NCBI GenBank assembly: GCA_029239875.1
Contig: JARBUD010000027.1
Coordinates: 4,290 to 68,289, forward strand
Direction: 5' to 3'
Length of the DNA stretch: 64,000 nucleotides
Source: Xanthobacteraceae bacterium
GTDB lineage: Bacteria; Pseudomonadota; Alphaproteobacteria; Rhizobiales; Xanthobacteraceae
The first letter of the stretch is position 1, and each line of letters opens with the position of its first letter. Position numbers and translations under genes: made by a program. The notes below the pieces were generated by a model. It was not told the origin of the DNA. It saw only the letters and a list, made by a program, of their open reading frames with translations, and ran no database searches. Shown here piece after piece: positions 18,691 to 28,204 of this stretch.

Positions 18691-19623
18691 TTACGCCGCC
18701 TTGTGCGGCTCCTCGGCCGACACCACCACCGCCGGCTTCACGGGGGCGGCCGCTACCTTCGGCGCGCTCATGTGCTGGTGCATCGTATAGAGCGCCGCGG
18801 CGAGGATGACCGCGATGCCGCCGATCGAGACGAGGTCCGGCATCTGGTGGAACAGCGTCGCGCTGAGCGCCACCGAGCAGACCACGCCGGCATAGCGGAA
18901 GGGCGAGATCGTCGAGGGATCGGTGCCGCGGAAGGCGGCGATGGTCAGCATGTGGCCGGCGATCAGCGTCACGCTGCCGCCGACGAGGTAGCCGAAGGTC
19001 CAGAGGTCGAGCGCCGCCCACGGCTCGACGGTCGAGCCGGCGAAGCCCAGCATCATGCCGATGCCGGCGGTCGCGATGGTGACGACGAGGGTCGGCACGT
19101 GCCCGCCGATGCGGCCGGTGACGAAATCGCGGAACGAGCACAGGAAGGCGCAGCCGAGCGGCAGCAGCGCGACGGCGTCGAAGGCCGAGCTGCCGGGCTT
19201 CACGATCAGCGTCACGCCGAGGAAGCCGGCGGCGACGGCGACCCACATGCCGCGCCCGATCCGCGCGCCGAAGAACATCACCGCCGCGGCCATGGTCACC
19301 AGCGGCACCACCTGCAGGATCGCCGTCGCATCGGCGATCGACATGGTGGCGATGGCGGTGATGAACAGCATGGCGATGCAGGCTTCCGCCGAGGCGCGCA
19401 GCATCACCCGCTTGTCGGCGCAGTAGCGCAGCGCGGAGAACTGGCCCTTCCAGGCGAGATAGGCGACCAGCATCAGCGCCGCCATGGCGCCGCGCACCGC
19501 GAGGATCTCGGAAGGCGGGATATGGGCGAGCGCGAGCTTGGAGAAGGCGTCGTTGCTGGCGAAGACGGAGGAGCCGGCGATCATCAGCAGGATGCCGCGG
19601 CGATTGGCGAGTGAAGCGTGCAT
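18691..19623 (-). CDS. DMT (EamA-like) family transporter
   Basis: 310 aa with about 10 hydrophobic spans. Confidence 0.8.
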   Translation of the reverse strand: MHASLANRRGILLMIAGSSVFASNDAFSKLALAHIPPSEILAVRGAMAALMLVAYLAWKGQFSALRYCADKRVMLRASAEACIAMLFITAIATMSIADATAILQVVPLVTMAAAVMFFGARIGRGMWVAVAAGFLGVTLIVKPGSSAFDAVALLPLGCAFLCSFRDFVTGRIGGHVPTLVVTIATAGIGMMLGFAGSTVEPWAALDLWTFGYLVGGSVTLIAGHMLTIAAFRGTDPSTISPFRYAGVVCSVALSATLFHQMPDLVSIGGIAVILAAALYTMHQHMSAPKVAAAPVKPAVVVSAEEPHKAA

Positions 19624-19731
19624 GGGACTGTCAGGCGGAACGGAGAGCGGCTCTTAAGCCTGCGGAAAGCGACGGAATCGAGACGGCGGGTGCGGTTCGG
19701 AAGAATTATCGGTCGGACGTCTGCGGGATGG

Positions 19732-20913
19732 TTAACAATCCTCGCATGCGGCCGCCGGAACCAGCCCGCCGCTGCGTCGCTCAAGCGCCTGCGAGAGGAC
19801 GCATAGGCCGAGCGCGCCGACCGCCAGTGCCGCGCCGACCCAGGGCAGCTCGGCATAGCCGACGCCGAAGGTGATCGCCGCGCCGCCGATCCAGGCGCCG
19901 GAGGCGTTGCCGAGGTTGAAGGCGCCCTGGTTGAGCGTCGAGGCGAGGTTGGGCGCGCCGACCGCGGCATCGACCACGCGCATCTGGATCGGCGCCACCA
20001 CGGCGAAGACCATGATGCCCCAGACGAACACGGTGGCGACGGTGAGCGCCGCGAAGGGGCTGGCGAAGACGAACACCACCAGCACCGCGGCGAGGCCGAC
20101 GAAGATCGCCATCAGCGAGGGCATCAGCCGCCAGTCGGCGAGCCGCCCGCCCAGCAGGTTGCCGATGGTGATGCCCACCCCGAACAGCAGCAGGACATAG
20201 GTCACGGTGTGCGGGGCGAGGCCGGTGACGTCGCGCAGCAGCGGGGCGATATAGGTGAAGACCGAGAACAGGCTGGCCGAGGCGAGCACGCTCATCATCA
20301 TGGTGAGCAGCACCTGCGGGCGCTTCAGCACGGCGAATTCGCGGATGATGTTGCCGGCGGAATGGGGGATGTCGCGCGGCAGCCAGATGGCGATGGCGCT
20401 GACGGCCGCGATGCCGATGATCACCACCGCCCAGAAGGTCGAGCGCCAGCCCAGCGCCTGGCCGAGCGCGGTGCCGAGCGGCACGCCGAGCACGTTGGCC
20501 AGCGTCAGCCCGGCGAACATCAGCGCGATGGCGCTGGCGCGCTGGTTCGGCGGCACGAGGCTCGCCGCCACCACGGCGCCGATGCCGAAGAACGCCCCAT
20601 GGCAGAAGGCGGTGACGACGCGCGCGGCCATCAGGAACCAGTAGTCCGGCGCGATGGCGCAGAGGAGGTTGCCGACGACGAAGACGCTGGCGAGGCCGAT
20701 CAGCGTCGCCTTGCGCGGAAGCGCATTGGTGATGATGGCGACGATGGGCGCGCCGACGACGACGCCGAGCGCATAGCCGGTGACCAGCAGACCGGCCGCC
20801 GGGATGGTCACCGACAGGTCGGCCGCCACCTCGGGAAGAAGGCCCATGATGACGAATTCGGTGGTGCCAATGCCGAAGGAGGCCATGGCAAGGGCCAACA
20901 GCGGGAGCTGCAT
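19732..20913 (-). CDS. MFS transporter (DHA1, YdhP/NepI-like efflux type)
   Basis: Start MQLPLLALAMASFGIGTTEFVIMGLLPEVA at 20913, with 12 predicted spans. The track ORF is over-extended into repeat DNA. Confidence 0.8.
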   Translation of the reverse strand: MQLPLLALAMASFGIGTTEFVIMGLLPEVAADLSVTIPAAGLLVTGYALGVVVGAPIVAIITNALPRKATLIGLASVFVVGNLLCAIAPDYWFLMAARVVTAFCHGAFFGIGAVVAASLVPPNQRASAIALMFAGLTLANVLGVPLGTALGQALGWRSTFWAVVIIGIAAVSAIAIWLPRDIPHSAGNIIREFAVLKRPQVLLTMMMSVLASASLFSVFTYIAPLLRDVTGLAPHTVTYVLLLFGVGITIGNLLGGRLADWRLMPSLMAIFVGLAAVLVVFVFASPFAALTVATVFVWGIMVFAVVAPIQMRVVDAAVGAPNLASTLNQGAFNLGNASGAWIGGAAITFGVGYAELPWVGAALAVGALGLCVLSQALERRSGGLVPAAACEDC

Positions 20914-21078
20914 CGGAAACTCATGTCGTCTGGAATCGGTCGCCGCCTGACTAGCAGCGGGAGGTGCTTCTAGATATGCACAAGATATTGCAACGCAGCA
21001 ATAATCCCGGGCGCAACCCAGCCATGTGCAAGCCGATGTCCGGCAATGGCCAATGCCGACCCATGCCGCCAACAGGTC

Positions 21079-21108
21079 GTCATCCCCGGATCAAGTCCGG
21101 GCATGACG
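21079..21108. repeat. Short hairpin related to families B/C
   Basis: GTCATCCCCGGATCAAGTCCGGGCATGAC. Confidence 0.6.
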
Positions 21109-21188
21109 GCGATGAGGAGGAGGGCGGCGGTTGGGCCATTGCAATCCGAGGCTTCGGCCGTAATGATAACCGATTTTCCGATACGCCC

Positions 21189-21270
21189 CTCATGGCCGGG
21201 CTTGACCCGGCCACCCAGTGACCGGGCGCACCCGGTCCCCCTGGGTCCCCGGATCAAGCCCGGGGATGAG
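21189..21270. repeat. Family C palindromic repeat (inverted relative to 7606-7687)
   Basis: CTCATGGCCGGGCTTGACCCGGCCACCCAGTGACCGGGCGCACCCGGTCCCCCTGGGTCCCCGGATCAAGCCCGGGGATGAG. Confidence 0.85.
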
Positions 21271-21279
21271 AGGAAGAAG

Positions 21280-22332
21280 CTAGCCCCCCGTCACGCTCAT
21301 GTGGCGGCGGACCGAGGGCGCGCGGCCGGGGCGGTCGATGACGAAATCGTGCCCCTTCGGCTTGCGGAAGATGGCGTCGTCGAGCGCAGCGTGCAGCTTC
21401 TCGTCGCTCTCGGAGGCGCGCAGGGGGCTGCGCAGGTCCGCCGCATCCTCCTGTCCCAGGCACATGTAGAGCGTGCCGGTGCAGGTGACGCGCACGCGGT
21501 TGCAGCCCTCGCAGAAATTATGCGTCAGCGGGGTGATGAGGCCGAGCTTGCCGCCGGTCTCGGCGATCGAAACGTAGCGCGCCGGGCCGCCGGTGCGGAA
21601 CGGGATGTCCTCCAGCGTCCAGCGCTCTTCGAGCTGCGCGCGGACCGTGGAGAGCGGCAGGTACTGGTCGACGCGCTCGGAGCCGGTCTCGCCGAGCGGC
21701 ATGACCTCGATAAGCGAGACGTCCATGTCGCGCCCATGCGCCCATTCGATCAGCGAGGGGATCTCGTCCTCGTTCTCGCCGCGCAGGGCGACCGCGTTGA
21801 GCTTGACGTGGATGCCAGCGGCCTGCGCCGCGTCGATGCCGGCGAGCACCTTGTTGAGGTCGCCCCAGCGGGTCAGCGCCCGGAAGCGCTGCGGGTCCAG
21901 CGTGTCGAGCGAGACGTTGATGCGCTTGACGCCGCAATCGGCGAGCTCGGACGCGAAGCGGGCGAGCTGCGAGCCGTTGGTGGTGAGCGTCAGCTCTTCC
22001 AGCGCGCCGGAATCGAGATGGCGGCCGAGCGAGCGGAACAGGGTCATGACGTCACGCCGCACCAGCGGCTCGCCGCCGGTCAGGCGCAGCTTTTTCACGC
22101 CGCGGGCGACGAAGGCCGAGCAGAGGCGGTCGAGTTCCTCCAGCGTCAGCAGCTCGGGCTTGGGCAGGAAGGTCATGTGCTCGGCCATGCAGTACACGCA
22201 GCGGAAATCGCAGCGGTCGGTGACCGAGACGCGCAGATAAGTCACCGCACGGCCGAAGGTGTCGACCAGCGGCGAGCGCGGCGTGGCGCGGTCGATCCGG
22301 TCGATGAGGGCTTCCTCGCTGATCACGCTCAA
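21280..22332 (-). CDS. moaA: GTP 3',8-cyclase MoaA (radical SAM)
   Basis: 350 aa with CDFRCVYCM radical-SAM cluster motif and C-terminal CxxC..C ([12 protein letters not shown]). Confidence 0.9.
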   Translation of the reverse strand: MSVISEEALIDRIDRATPRSPLVDTFGRAVTYLRVSVTDRCDFRCVYCMAEHMTFLPKPELLTLEELDRLCSAFVARGVKKLRLTGGEPLVRRDVMTLFRSLGRHLDSGALEELTLTTNGSQLARFASELADCGVKRINVSLDTLDPQRFRALTRWGDLNKVLAGIDAAQAAGIHVKLNAVALRGENEDEIPSLIEWAHGRDMDVSLIEVMPLGETGSERVDQYLPLSTVRAQLEERWTLEDIPFRTGGPARYVSIAETGGKLGLITPLTHNFCEGCNRVRVTCTGTLYMCLGQEDAADLRSPLRASESDEKLHAALDDAIFRKPKGHDFVIDRPGRAPSVRRHMSVTGG

Positions 22333-22522
22333 CGCTCCCGACGTGCCGTGGCTACGGCCTGTTCGTAACGTTTGTAATGTTCGGCCAAGGCCCTGCCAAG
22401 GCGCGGATGCCTATCGGGCGATCGGCTGAACCATTTGTGACGTGCCTTCCGGAAAGCCGCGGCGGCTTGGCGAAAGCGTCCGTCCTCTCTATGTGGGTGT
22501 GCGACACGCCAAGGGGAAGACG

Positions 22523-22927
22523 ATGACCGATGCGACGCCCGACGCCTGGACCGATGCCTGGCCGACCGAGATCCGGGTCCACAGGGACCGCCGCGCGCTG
22601 ACCATCGCCTTCGACAATGGCGCGAGCTTCGACCTGCCGGCGGAATATCTCCGCGTCGAGAGCCCCTCCGCCGAAGTGCAGGGCCATTCGCCCGCCGACC
22701 GGCAGATCGTCGCCGGCAAGCGCGAGGTGCGCATCGACGAGGCGATCCCGGTCGGCAATTACGCGGTGCGGCTGATCTTCGACGACGGGCATTCCACCGG
22801 CATCTACACCTGGGAGATTCTGCACCGGCTCGGCCGCGAGCAGGAGGAGCGCTGGACGCGCTACCTGCAGGAACTGGCCTCGAAGAACCTCTCGCGCGAC
22901 ACGGCGGGCAGCGCGCGGCGGCATTGA
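22523..22927 (+). CDS. DUF971 domain protein (gamma-butyrobetaine hydroxylase N-terminal-like)
   Basis: ATG at 22523 preceded by AAGGGGAAG. Has YLRVESPSAEVQGH and NYAVRLIFDDGHSTGIYTW blocks. Confidence 0.7.
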   Translation: MTDATPDAWTDAWPTEIRVHRDRRALTIAFDNGASFDLPAEYLRVESPSAEVQGHSPADRQIVAGKREVRIDEAIPVGNYAVRLIFDDGHSTGIYTWEILHRLGREQEERWTRYLQELASKNLSRDTAGSARRH

Positions 22928-22938
22928 GGGCTAGCAAC

Positions 22939-23025
22939 GTCATCCCGGACGGCCGATAGGCCGATCCGGGATCGTGTGCAGGATGGAGAGCGATCCCGGC
23001 TCTCGCTGTGCTCGGCCGGGATGAC
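22939..23025. repeat. Family B repeat (long form)
   Basis: GTCATCCCGGACGGCCGATAGGCCGATCCGGGAT...GATCCCGGCTCTCGCTGTGCTCGGCCGGGATGAC. Confidence 0.8.
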
Positions 23026-23043
23026 GGCTGGATGTAGTGGCCG

Positions 23044-23634
23044 TCAGTTCAGCACGACGACCTTGGTGCCGACGCGCACGCGCTCGTAGAGATCGGTGAC
23101 GTCGTCATTGGTCATGCGGAAGCAGCCCGAGGATACCGCCTGGCCAATCGTCTCCGGCTCGTTCGAGCCGTGGATGCGGTAGAGCGTCGAGCCGAGATAG
23201 AGCGCGCGGGCGCCGAGCGGGTTGTCGATGCCGCCGGGCATGTAGCGCGGCAGGTCGGGGCGGCGCTGCAGCATCTGCGCCGGCGGCGTCCAGCTCGGCC
23301 ATTCGGCCTTGCGGGTCACCGTCTTCACGCCGGACCAGCGGAAGCCGTCACGGCCGACGCCGATGCCGTAGCGCAGCGCGGTGCCGTTGGGCTGCACCAG
23401 ATAGAGCCGGCGCTCGGAGGTGTTTATGACGATGGTGCCCGGAGCGTATCTGCCGTTGTACGGCACCACCGTGCGCCGGATCGACGAGTAGCCGAAGGAC
23501 GGCCCGTTGCCGAAATTCGACGGCCGCGCAAAGAAGCCGAAAAGAGACGGCGCCGCGTTCTGCGCCATGGCAGGCGCCGCGCCCGCGAGTGTCAGTCCGG
23601 CCAGCGCGATGGCCGCCATTGTCTTCAGTCGCAT
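23044..23634 (-). CDS. L,D-transpeptidase (YkuD domain), secreted
   Basis: Start MRLKTMAAIALAGL (signal peptide). Catalytic block RIHGSNEPETIGQAVSSGCFRM. Confidence 0.85.
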   Translation of the reverse strand: MRLKTMAAIALAGLTLAGAAPAMAQNAAPSLFGFFARPSNFGNGPSFGYSSIRRTVVPYNGRYAPGTIVINTSERRLYLVQPNGTALRYGIGVGRDGFRWSGVKTVTRKAEWPSWTPPAQMLQRRPDLPRYMPGGIDNPLGARALYLGSTLYRIHGSNEPETIGQAVSSGCFRMTNDDVTDLYERVRVGTKVVVLN

Positions 23635-23826
23635 CGTAAGCCCCATACGATCCATGGACACAACCGGCCACGCTTCCCGGCGGGGCACGGGACGGCCCGT
23701 CCTGCCCCAGCGGCCGGAACGGTTCGACGCACAGTATTGCGCCGCCTGCGGTAAATGGCAGCCTACGATGACGTGACTGCGCCGATTGCCGCGCCGCTAT
23801 GGCACAAGGGCAACAGCGCCAACGCC

Positions 23827-25749
23827 TTAGGGAGCGGCTGCGGCTGCCGGGCTGCCGGCGTGATGGGCGCCGAAGATGAGCGCGGCGAGGGGCCTCGCAT
23901 AATAGTCGACGCCCGCCGCCGTGAAGTGCCGCGCGTCGTATTGCAGCGGCTCGCCGCCGACCATCATGGGGCATTTCATCTGCGGGCAGGTGGCCTCGAG
24001 CACGGAGATGAAGCGCGCATCGGGATGGCCCGCGAAATGCCGTGTCATCAGCTTCTCGGCGGTGAAGACCATGTCGTCCATGTCCTGCCCCGCGTTCATG
24101 TCGGCATCGCGCCGGTACATGCGCTCGGCGACGATCTCCGGCCCGGGGCGCTTGAACATCGGCACCGGGCCGAGCACCACCACCTCGATGCCGGCGGCGG
24201 TGAGCTTGGCGATCGTTTTGTCCAGCAAGGCGAGGTGGTCGGGCGAGACGAGCGCGTCGCCGCCGAGCACGACGATGGCCGGCTTGTGCTTGAGCAGCCA
24301 GTCGAGGGCGAATTCGTTCAGCCCGTCGCAGAGCGGGGAGGGCACGTTGCGGAAGCCTTCCAGCGGCAGGCAGGCCGCGCCGGTGAACTGGCCGACCGAA
24401 TAGCCGCGCGCCTTCGCCGCCGCCGCGACCGCCTGGTAGAACTGCGCCAGATGGCTCGATCCCCACAGCACGATGCTCGGCTCGCCGGCGGGGAAGCATT
24501 CGGGCGCCAGCTCGCGCGCGCCGCCGCGCCCGTCGCGCAGGAAGCACTTGCCGTCGCGCAGGATCGGCTGGAACGGGTAGTGCGTCTGGGCGAGCACGTG
24601 CTGCACATCCGCTGGCAGCCGGCCGGTGAAGCCGCGCTCGCCGGTGGTGATGCCGGCGAAGGTGATCAGCACCGCCGCACCCGCCACCGTGCCGCCGAAC
24701 ACGACGCGGCGGGGAAAGATCGCCCGGTTCTGCCGCACCGGCTGTTCGACATAGCGCCAGGACAGCCAGCCGAGCAGCGTCGAGGCCGCCGTGCCGCCGA
24801 CGAGGAAGACGAGCGGATCGATCTCCGGGAAGGCCGGCCGGGCGAAGACCACGATCGGCCAGTGCACGAGGTAGAGCGAATAGGAGATGGCGCCGAAGAA
24901 GCGTGGCACGCGCGAGCCGACCAGCCGCGTGACGAGGCTATCGCTGCGCTCGCCGCCCCAGATCGCCAGTGCGGTGCCGAGGCAGGGCACGAGGGCGAGC
25001 AGGCCGGGGAAGGGCGACTGCTCGGTGATGAGCGCCATGCCCGCGAGAACAGCGCCGACGCCGGCCGCCACCGCCGCGCCGCCCACGGTCGCGTTCTTGG
25101 GAAAGCGCACGCCCGGCAGCGCCAGCGCGGCGCCGATCAGCAATTCGAAGGCGCGGAAGGGCAGCAGGTAGAAGGCCGCGGCGGGATCGACGCGCAATAT
25201 CGCCTCGCAGGCGATGAGCGAGGCGAGGAGGAGGCTACCGATCACGAAGGGCAGCGCCTTCGGCCGCCAGCGGTGGCAGAGCATCACCAGCGCCGGGAAC
25301 ACGAGGTAGAACTGCTCCTCGACGCCCAGCGACCAGTAGTGCAGCAGCGGCATTTCCTCGGCCGAAGGGCCGAAATAGTCGGCGCGGCGGTAGAAATAGA
25401 CGTTGCCGAAGGCGAGCGCCGACCAGATCAGCGAACGGGCGAAGCTGACCAGCTGCGGCGGGAACAGGAGGAAGACTGCGACGACGGCGGTGATCGCGCT
25501 GACCACGAGGAAGGCCGGCACGATGCGCCGCATCCGCCGCTCGTAGAAGCCGAAGATCGAGAAGCTGCCTTCCGTGGTCTCGGCATAGATCGACTTGGAG
25601 ATCAGGAAGCCGGAGATGACGAAGAACACGTCGACGCCGATGAAGCCGCCGGGCAGCCAGTCCGCGCCGAAATGGAACAGCACCACGCCGAGCACGGCGA
25701 TGGCGCGCAATCCGTCGATATGGGCGCGGTAGCGAAGCGGATGGTGCAC
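23827..25749 (-). CDS. Acyltransferase-3 family membrane protein with C-terminal SGNH domain (OafA/YrhL-like)
   Basis: 640 aa. N-terminal IDGLRAIAVLGVVLFH followed by about 10 TM spans. C-terminal IVLWGSSH block is typical of the fused SGNH domain. Confidence 0.85.
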   Translation of the reverse strand: MHHPLRYRAHIDGLRAIAVLGVVLFHFGADWLPGGFIGVDVFFVISGFLISKSIYAETTEGSFSIFGFYERRMRRIVPAFLVVSAITAVVAVFLLFPPQLVSFARSLIWSALAFGNVYFYRRADYFGPSAEEMPLLHYWSLGVEEQFYLVFPALVMLCHRWRPKALPFVIGSLLLASLIACEAILRVDPAAAFYLLPFRAFELLIGAALALPGVRFPKNATVGGAAVAAGVGAVLAGMALITEQSPFPGLLALVPCLGTALAIWGGERSDSLVTRLVGSRVPRFFGAISYSLYLVHWPIVVFARPAFPEIDPLVFLVGGTAASTLLGWLSWRYVEQPVRQNRAIFPRRVVFGGTVAGAAVLITFAGITTGERGFTGRLPADVQHVLAQTHYPFQPILRDGKCFLRDGRGGARELAPECFPAGEPSIVLWGSSHLAQFYQAVAAAAKARGYSVGQFTGAACLPLEGFRNVPSPLCDGLNEFALDWLLKHKPAIVVLGGDALVSPDHLALLDKTIAKLTAAGIEVVVLGPVPMFKRPGPEIVAERMYRRDADMNAGQDMDDMVFTAEKLMTRHFAGHPDARFISVLEATCPQMKCPMMVGGEPLQYDARHFTAAGVDYYARPLAALIFGAHHAGSPAAAAAP

Positions 25750-25801
25750 GTGGCCGCGAACTCGATCGAGACGAGAGGGGCGGGCCCCGGGAATGCGCCG
25801 A

Positions 25802-25876
25802 TGGTGGGCGATGCAGGGATTGAACCTGCGACCCCTCCCGTGTGAAGGGAGTGCTCTCCCGCTGAGCTAATCGCCC
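25802..25876 (-). tRNA. tRNA-Val (anticodon CAC)
   Basis: Hand-folded cloverleaf: acceptor GGGCGAT/ATCGCCC, D stem GCTC/GAGC, anticodon stem CTCCC/GGGAG with loop TTCACAC, T stem GCAGG/CCTGC with loop TTCAATC, discriminator A, encoded CCA. Confidence 0.9.
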
Positions 25877-25947
25877 GTCACCCTCGGCGGGTTCTCCGAG
25901 GGGCGTCTTCCATCGCGGCGGGATTTAGTGTGCCGGGTCCCCGGGTG

Positions 25948-26652
25948 TCAAGCGCGCTCGCGTTCGCCGAGGCCGAGCAGCCGCTCCACCGTCGCCGGCA
26001 GAAGGTCGTAATGCTCGATCAGCTCGTCGCCGCCAAGCTCCGCCGCCGGCGTCTCGGTGTAGCCGAAGGGCACCACGATCACCGGCACGCGCGCGTTCTT
26101 GGCGGTGAGCACGTCGGTCATGCTGTCGCCGACCATGATCGCGCGTTGCGCCGAGCCGCCGGCCCGCTCGATGGTGCCGAGGAGGTGGCCGGCATCGGGC
26201 TTGTACACAGGAAAGGTGTCGGCCCCGGCGATCACCGCGAAGCGGTCGGCGAGGCCGAGCCGTTCGAGCAGCAGGCGCGAGAGATATTCCAGCTTGTTGG
26301 TGCAGACCGCCAGCACATGGCCGCGGGCGGAAAGCTCGTCCAGCGCCGACACCAGGCCGGGGAAGGGCACCGAGCTGTCGGCGATATGGGCGGCGTAGTG
26401 GTCGAGGAAGCGCTCATAGAGCTTGTCGAAGGCCGGCGGCTCGACATGGATGCCGGCGGCGGTCAGCCCGCGATTGACCAGCGCCTTGGCGCCGGCGCCG
26501 ATCATCTTGCGGGTCTCCTCGCGCGGCAGGCGCGGCGCGCCGACCTCGTCGAGGATGACGTCCAGCGTGTCCAGCAGGTCCGGGGCAGTGTCGACGAGGG
26601 TGCCGTCGAGGTCGAAGGCGATCACGGCGGGGCGGGTCGGGGGTGCGCTCAT
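25948..26652 (-). CDS. gph: HAD-family phosphoglycolate phosphatase
   Basis: 234 aa with FDLDGTLVDT, VCTNK and MVGDSMTD motifs. Confidence 0.8.
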   Translation of the reverse strand: MSAPPTRPAVIAFDLDGTLVDTAPDLLDTLDVILDEVGAPRLPREETRKMIGAGAKALVNRGLTAAGIHVEPPAFDKLYERFLDHYAAHIADSSVPFPGLVSALDELSARGHVLAVCTNKLEYLSRLLLERLGLADRFAVIAGADTFPVYKPDAGHLLGTIERAGGSAQRAIMVGDSMTDVLTAKNARVPVIVVPFGYTETPAAELGGDELIEHYDLLPATVERLLGLGERERA

Positions 26653-26822
26653 GTCGATTTCCGTGGATGATGACGGTAAATGGAAGCTGCCGGCCGCCGC
26701 GAGACAGGCATAGACTGCCTACAATCCTGCCGCTTTTGCTGTCCAGCGTGGCGCGTCCATCGGGCGCAGGAGGGTGGCGGACGGTCAATGGTAATCGGGT
26801 CGAGTTTTCGGGAGTGCTTGCG

Positions 26823-27383
26823 ATGACGCTGAAGATTGGAAATTGGCTCGGTACGGCGGCGCTCGCCGGTGTCCTGGCGATCGGCCTCGCTGCGATCGAC
26901 GCGGCCCATGCGCAGGGCACGACCCCGCCGGCCGGCGGCACGACCGAGACGCCGGCCGCCTCGCCGTCGCCTGCACCGGCGCCGGCCGGAGAGGGGCCGT
27001 TCGTCTTCGGCTCGCCGCCTTCCGCGCAGGCCAACCGGCTCTATTCGGTCAATGTGCGCAACGGCGAGGTGAATGCCTGCCAGTTCGAGCGGCCCGAGGG
27101 CAACCTCGTCGGCGTCACCCGCTGCTTCCGCCGCGACGCCAGCGCCGGCGCCGGCGAGCCGGGCACCTACGACATCATGTCGACCCGCTATTCCGGCGAG
27201 ACCGGCATCTTCCGCGTGAACGCGCAGACCGGGCAGATGAGCGTCTGCTATGTGCGCGACATGCCGAAGGAGGGCGGCGGCACCGAGCCGGCGGTGGTCT
27301 GCACCGCCTGCTATGTGCGCGACATGCCGAAGGAGGGCGGCGGCACCGAGCCGGCGGTGGTCTGCACCGCGCCGTCGCGTTGA
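26823..27383 (+). CDS. Secreted hypothetical protein with Pro/Thr/Ala-rich linker and Cys-containing C-terminal domain
   Basis: ATG at 26823, signal peptide MTLKIGNWLGTAALAGVLAIGLAAIDAAHAQ. No family recognised. Contains an exact 21-aa duplication. Confidence 0.65.
   Translation: MTLKIGNWLGTAALAGVLAIGLAAIDAAHAQGTTPPAGGTTETPAASPSPAPAPAGEGPFVFGSPPSAQANRLYSVNVRNGEVNACQFERPEGNLVGVTRCFRRDASAGAGEPGTYDIMSTRYSGETGIFRVNAQTGQMSVCYVRDMPKEGGGTEPAVVCTACYVRDMPKEGGGTEPAVVCTAPSR
27245..27370 (+). repeat. Perfect 63-bp x2 tandem duplication inside the CDS
   Basis: 27245-27307 equals 27308-27370 base for base, encoding CYVRDMPKEGGGTEPAVVCTA twice. Confidence 0.95.
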
Positions 27384-27476
27384 ACCTTGCGCGCGGCGCC
27401 GGACTTGTCCCGGCGCCGCAACGGCGCTAGGCAGCGTTGAGATTGGAAGACCTACAGGCTGAGCCCCGACCACGTC

Positions 27477-28181
27477 ATGTCGACCGAAGCTGAGACTCTT
27501 AAACGCCAGGCCGCGGCCCGCGCGCTGGAATATGTGCGCTCGGGCATGAAGCTCGGGCTGGGCACCGGCTCGACCGCCAGGCATTTCGTCGAGCTGCTCG
27601 CCGAGCGGGTGGGCGAGGGGCTGGAGGTGGTCGGCGTGCCGACCTCCGAGGCGACGCGGGCGCAGGCGGAAAGCCTCGGCGTGCCGCTCGGCACGCTCGA
27701 CGATCATCCGGTGCTCGACCTGTGCATCGACGGCGCCGACGAGGTCGGGCCGGACCTCACCCTGATCAAGGGCGGCGGCGGCGCGCTGCTGCGCGAGAAG
27801 ATCGTCGCCTCGGCGGCGCAGCAGATGATCGTCATCGTCGACGCCTCCAAGAAGGTGGACCGGCTCGGCACCTTCCCGTTGCCGATCGAGGTGGTGGATT
27901 TCGGCGTCGCCGCCATCCGCCGCGGCATCGACCGCGCCGCCCGCGCGGCGGGCTGCGAAGGGCTTCTGACGCTGCGGCGCCGTCCGGACGGTCATGTTTT
28001 CGTCACCGATCAGGGACACCTGATCCTCGATGCCGCCTATCACGGCATCACTGACCCGGCTGCGCTCGCGGCGCGCCTGTCGGAAGTGCCCGGCGTCGTC
28101 GAGCACGGCCTCTTCATCAATCTGGCGAGCCGCGTCATCCTCGCGGGCGCCGGCGGCGTGTCGGTGATCGACCGCGCGTGA
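27477..28181 (+). CDS. rpiA: Ribose-5-phosphate isomerase A
   Basis: 234 aa with [14 protein letters not shown] and [11 protein letters not shown] motifs. Confidence 0.9.
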   Translation: MSTEAETLKRQAAARALEYVRSGMKLGLGTGSTARHFVELLAERVGEGLEVVGVPTSEATRAQAESLGVPLGTLDDHPVLDLCIDGADEVGPDLTLIKGGGGALLREKIVASAAQQMIVIVDASKKVDRLGTFPLPIEVVDFGVAAIRRGIDRAARAAGCEGLLTLRRRPDGHVFVTDQGHLILDAAYHGITDPAALAARLSEVPGVVEHGLFINLASRVILAGAGGVSVIDRA

Positions 28182-28204
28182 GCAGATTCGTCAGGGAGAC
28201 ATTC

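Noticed and set aside
22333-22522. Possible Moco (moaA-motif) riboswitch in the 190-bp leader of moaA.
   Set aside because: I could not recognise the conserved Moco-motif helices or loops by eye on the moaA strand. The region is also shared with the divergent DUF971 promoter. This is left unsupported; an Rfam Moco_RNA_motif scan would settle it.
23755-25845. 696-aa plus-strand ORF opposite the acyltransferase gene; similar long ORFs at 2493-4265, 9409-11100, 28597-30552, 28836-30869, 32027-33739, 33715-35268, 35300-37018, 39094-40728, 40581-41723 and 44159-45760.
   Set aside because: Each is antisense to, or out of frame with, a gene that has clear family motifs. All are dominated by R/A/G/P/D/E runs and lack start-site context. 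The 23755 ORF even reads through the tRNA-Val gene.
23044-25876. Genomic islet at the 3' end of tRNA-Val (acyltransferase-3/SGNH and L,D-transpeptidase genes directly abut the tRNA 3' end).
   Set aside because: There is no integrase. I could find no direct repeat of the tRNA 3' half (GGTTCAATCCCTGCATCGCCCA) downstream, and there is no obvious compositional break. It is treated as ordinary chromosomal context.
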